64,000 bases of DNA from Candidatus Bathyarchaeota archaeon (GTDB taxonomy: Archaea; Thermoproteota; Bathyarchaeia; Bathyarchaeales; Bathycorpusculaceae), in assembly GCA_963777155.1 (NCBI GenBank), contig CAVZPM010000011.1, positions 25,791 to 89,790 of the forward strand, written 5' to 3'. The number at the start of each line of letters is the position of its first letter. Positions within the stretch are counted from its first letter, which is position 1. The notes under the pieces were generated by a model, which was not told the origin of the DNA, did no database searches, and worked only from the letters and a program-made list of their open reading frames with translations. A program made the position numbers and the translations under genes. Shown one piece after another: positions 62,396-64,000 of this stretch.

Positions 62396-62924
62396 GAAAC
62401 CTAAATTTCCATATTCTAATTTTCTTAAAGATTGAGAAATAGTGTAATTTTACCTCTATGTGGTTCGAGCGTTTTTTTGTTCGCCACGTTAAGCCGCTAT
62501 AGATTGTAAACGCTAAAAGAACCACAAAAACCGCTGCTTTGACAACTGTGAAATCTATGAGCGCAGAGTAAAGCGCGAATGTTGCTGGAAACGCCCCGAT
62601 ATACAGCGTGAAGAGTATTGCTGTGGGCAGTTTGTAGCTGTATTTGTAGTCTTTGAAGATGCGCCTGCCAAAGTACAATGCTGCCAACCGTCCCATGCCA
62701 TGAGTGCATTTTATGCAGTTATAGCATGGCCGCAGACAACCGAGAAAGTGCAGTAAACCATAAATTAAGACCAGCGTCACCACAAGAAATACAATACCGT
62801 CCGTTATGTTAAATAGCAGAAAAGCGGCTGCGTCAAGCATAATCCATACGAAAAGGGCGAGGTTGCCGAAAATAACCAAGTTTTCGGGGAAGAAGATTGG
62901 TCGACCGTTTTTTGGCTCTGCCAT
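62382..62924 (-). CDS. Membrane protein with Cys cluster
   Basis: TM helices around CLRPCYNCIKCTHGMG. Confidence 0.65.
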   Translation of the reverse strand: MAEPKNGRPIFFPENLVIFGNLALFVWIMLDAAAFLLFNITDGIVFLVVTLVLIYGLLHFLGCLRPCYNCIKCTHGMGRLAALYFGRRIFKDYKYSYKLPTAILFTLYIGAFPATFALYSALIDFTVVKAAVFVVLLAFTIYSGLTWRTKKRSNHIEVKLHYFSIFKKIRIWKFRFPILL

Positions 62925-63157
62925 GTAAGCCTATTTCAGTGAATGGGATATAAGGGTTCTTTCAATAACAACCAAGGCGATTTTAGTATCAAGCGGGCAA
63001 CAACCCGATTTGTATTTGTGTTATTTTGCCGACCAGATGGATAATGGGTCGTGGGTCTTGCACACTTGATGTGGGGTGTGGTGGGTGGTTGTAGTTCTGT
63101 TTCTTGCTCTGTTTCCATAAGGTATATATTGTTTATTAAGATACATGCAATTAAACA

Positions 63158-63790
63158 GTGACCGAAATGGAAAGCAATCAACAAGTCGCAAAAAAATCTG
63201 TTTTTAACAAAAAAATCATTGGCTTAATAATGGTTGTCATAGCAGTTGTTGCAGTCGTCTCTACTGCGGCGGTTTTGACGGCAGGTAACCAATCACCCAG
63301 TAGCCAAACTAACGATCAGAATGGAATAACAAATGACCAGAACAGCCCACAATCCTGGATCAAAAAGGGCACTTATGCAACCTATGCAGGCCACGCTGAA
63401 ATCTTATCAATGAGCATCACCTTCAACGCAAGAATGGAGATTGTCGACGTAAACCAAACCCACATGCAACTATCAACAAACTACAACATGTCAACACCTT
63501 TCGGCGCAACAGAAAACACAACCACAACCTGGGTAAGCAGAGAAGACATGAATTTCCAACCAGAAAACCTAACACTAAACAAAACATATACCACACAAAT
63601 AACCATACCGAACCTTGGAACAAGAACCTGCACTGTATACGAATATAGCAGCGAAGGAATCAGCGCAGCATACTACGTTGACAACACTGTCCAATGGCCA
63701 ATCAAAATGGTAATGACCTCTCCAACAATTGAAGGGCAATCCTACAACATGGACATAAACCTGATAGATACAAACATACCGGGCCTCTAA
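63158..63790 (+). CDS. Membrane-anchored extracellular hypothetical protein
   Basis: N-terminal TM, WIKKGTYATY, beta-rich, ends DTNIPGL. Confidence 0.65.
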   Translation: MTEMESNQQVAKKSVFNKKIIGLIMVVIAVVAVVSTAAVLTAGNQSPSSQTNDQNGITNDQNSPQSWIKKGTYATYAGHAEILSMSITFNARMEIVDVNQTHMQLSTNYNMSTPFGATENTTTTWVSREDMNFQPENLTLNKTYTTQITIPNLGTRTCTVYEYSSEGISAAYYVDNTVQWPIKMVMTSPTIEGQSYNMDINLIDTNIPGL

Positions 63791-64000
63791 AAATTAGGCT
63801 AAGTTGAGTCTCATTTTTTTCCCTGATACTTAACCTCACTCGGTTGTTCTATTTGCGTGGTTGTGGATTTTTGTATGATGATCCATGCTGGTTGAACAGG
63901 TGAGAAGGCTCTTTCAGCAAGGTGCCTTTCAGAAAGTAAGTTTGACTCTTCTTGAACAAAAACTTAGGGGAAAAGATTAAGTTAATATTTAATGGCTGTA

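Noticed and set aside
1-64000. CRISPR arrays, rRNA genes, transposases, and the many short antisense ORFs in the track
   Set aside because: No regularly spaced repeats, rRNA-like sequence or transposase/integrase motifs were recognised; antisense ORFs are shadows of well-supported genes.

Overview
Archaeal chromosome segment, most consistent with Bathyarchaeia. This is an inference from archaeal Lhr, Trm11, RNase Z, e-MtaB, Alba and CdrS-like genes plus large beta-propeller surface proteins. The core backbone (lhr, prs, trm11, rnz, lplA, cysS, mtaB, tRNA-Arg, alba) is interrupted by accessory DNA. The most striking structure is that the last ~50-58 codons of trm11 occur three times, at 9088-9264, 18595-18771 and 26600-26749. 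All three begin at the same (G/R)Q-x-IC-x-A junction, and the last copy is still translationally coupled to rnz. This defines two tandem, integrase-less cassettes stacked in trm11, each bringing a replacement C-terminus. Cassette 1 carries an ABC exporter, a hydrolase, an Mmp11/TiaS-like protein, a CPBP-like protein and a sorted surface protein. Cassette 2 looks like a light/UV-stress module: heliorhodopsin, UvsE, TudS-DUF1722, SOUL heme-binding protein, an SDR and flavin-binding proteins. Also present: an orphan terminase module, a bacterial-type ClpB, a toxin-antitoxin cluster with a palindromic repeat family and a tRNA 3'-end fragment, and many single-base frameshifts that are probably assembly indels. 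All calls are from reading the sequence and motifs by eye; no searches were run.
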